A DNA stretch of 41,428 nucleotides, taken from the NCBI GenBank assembly GCA_030583745.1, contig CP129473.1, positions 508,783 to 550,210 on the forward strand, given 5' to 3'. The position numbers were made by a program, and so were the translations under genes. Below, piece after piece: positions 40,647-41,428 of this stretch. The notes under the pieces were generated by a model, which was not told the origin of the DNA, searched no databases, and saw nothing but the letters and a program-made list of their open reading frames with translations. This DNA is from Minisyncoccota bacterium (lineage in GTDB: Bacteria > Patescibacteriota > Minisyncoccia > Phycocordibacterales > BOKC01). Positions within the stretch are counted from its first letter, which is position 1. Each line of letters starts with the position of its first letter.

Positions 40647-41428
40647 CTGATAAAGGCCTTGTTGTTGCTTGTGGCGGTTTCTGTTCCTTTTTTAGCTCAA
40701 GCTAAAATCATTTCTTTCGTTTCTAATCTTTTTGCCAGCGGAAACGAGGTTTGGGACAAAACAGCTCCAAATTCTCAACAAATGAATTTACTTGAAGCCC
40801 CACTATCCCCTTTCAACTCAATTGGTGGTGGAGACGTTATTATTGACGGTGGTGCTCTGCTAGTTGAGGGCGGTCTTTTGTCAGGGCAAGGCGACAGCTT
40901 GCACGAACCTGGCAAAATAAGCGTCTATGTTGTACGCGAAGGAGATTCCTTGTCGCAAATTGCTAAAATGTTTAATGTTTCGGTCAATACTATACGTTGG
41001 GGTAACGATATAAAGGGTAACACTATAGCTCCCGGGCAAACTCTTGTGATTTTGCCAATTTCTGGCATTCGCCATACCGTAACATCCGGAGATACTTTAG
41101 AGAAAATCTCCTCCCGTTATAAAGGAGACGTGGAAGAAATTATTGCTTACAACAATATCAGCAAAGATTCGAAACTTGCCGTAGGTGAGATATTGGTAAT
41201 TCCGGGCGGTATTATTCCTGAATCAAGTCCAACAGTGAGAACCTCTTCGTCTTCTTCTGGTTCACAATCTCGACCGTCTTCAGGCGCGCCGGTTTACGAG
41301 GGCTATTATTTAAGACCGATTTCAGGCGGTTACCGCTCTCAAGGTATTCACGGCTACAATGGTGTTGATTTGGCAGCTTCTGCAGGCACTTCAATTATGG
41401 CTTCGGCAAGCGGAGTTGTTACCGTCAG
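40647..41428 (+). CDS. Secreted LysM-LysM-M23 peptidoglycan endopeptidase (3' end beyond the window; start uncertain and non-ATG)
   Basis: The frame is open from 40500 to the window end. A signal peptide ...LIKALLLLVAVSVPFLAQA is present. Two LysM repeats occur (YVVREGDSLSQIAKMF...; HTVTSGDTLEKISSRY...). The M23 motif begins at GIHGYNGVDLAASAGTSIMASASG. The only plausible starts are CTG 40647 or TTG 40659. Confidence 0.8.
   Translation, partial: MIKALLLLVAVSVPFLAQAKIISFVSNLFASGNEVWDKTAPNSQQMNLLEAPLSPFNSIGGGDVIIDGGALLVEGGLLSGQGDSLHEPGKISVYVVREGDSLSQIAKMFNVSVNTIRWGNDIKGNTIAPGQTLVILPISGIRHTVTSGDTLEKISSRYKGDVEEIIAYNNISKDSKLAVGEILVIPGGIIPESSPTVRTSSSSSGSQSRPSSGAPVYEGYYLRPISGGYRSQGIHGYNGVDLAASAGTSIMASASGVVTV

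Noticed and set aside
40480-40650. c-di-AMP (ydaO-type) riboswitch upstream of the LysM-M23 hydrolase
   Set aside because: That class is associated with such genes. However, the conserved GGGGACCCA and CCGAAUCCGACAGCUAACC-type elements, and the pseudo-twofold architecture, are not recognisable by eye. Only scattered CGACAG and CCGAAU fragments occur, in the wrong order.

Overview
This is a gene-dense, A+T-rich bacterial chromosome segment. Its gene content and style (small genes, insertions in housekeeping proteins, an orphan pilB, a PF18895-style pilin) suggest a reduced-genome Patescibacteria/CPR-like organism; that placement is inference. Standard stop codons give intact ORFs, so there is no sign of UGA recoding.

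The core backbone includes the replication-origin neighbourhood: ruvC-dnaN-dnaA on the minus strand, diverging from rpmH-rnpA-[insert]-yidC-jag on the plus strand. Candidate DnaA boxes lie in the dnaN-dnaA spacer. Other housekeeping genes are mutM/fpg, a SpoU/TrmH methyltransferase, DoxX, tRNA-Lys(UUU), a holA-like gene, polA, tsaE, pilB/gspE, ruvB, yebC, a DUF721-like gene, a class A PBP, tyrS, rsmA, pcrA/uvrD and a partial LysM-M23 peptidase.

Three parts look accessory:
1. nt 1-3140 is a visibly G+C-richer array of self-contained minus-strand cassettes (Fic, a 60-aa membrane peptide, a 189-aa unknown, a Zn-ribbon peptide). They are joined by a recurring junction element that carries a consensus TTGACA/TATAAT promoter and a TAGGGT-repeat/CCAAT motif.
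2. nt 22267-23102 is a G+C-rich single-gene insertion inside the normally contiguous rnpA-yidC operon.
3. nt 24342-37674 is a ~13 kb minimal type IV secretion-like operon. It has a VirB2-type pilin, a VirB3/PrgI-like protein, VirB4, a VirB6/TrbL-like protein, a peptidoglycan-binding protein and an FN3 protein, plus several unknown exported proteins. No coupling protein, relaxase or VirB7-11 is present in the window. The operon is interrupted by a frameshifted four-helix-bundle (23S-IVS/Avd family) pseudogene flanked by the same TAGGGT motif seen in the cassette array.

Several unexplained structured or repeated non-coding elements are also reported at 3282-3436, 5409-5555, 11052-11191, and 12452/13067.
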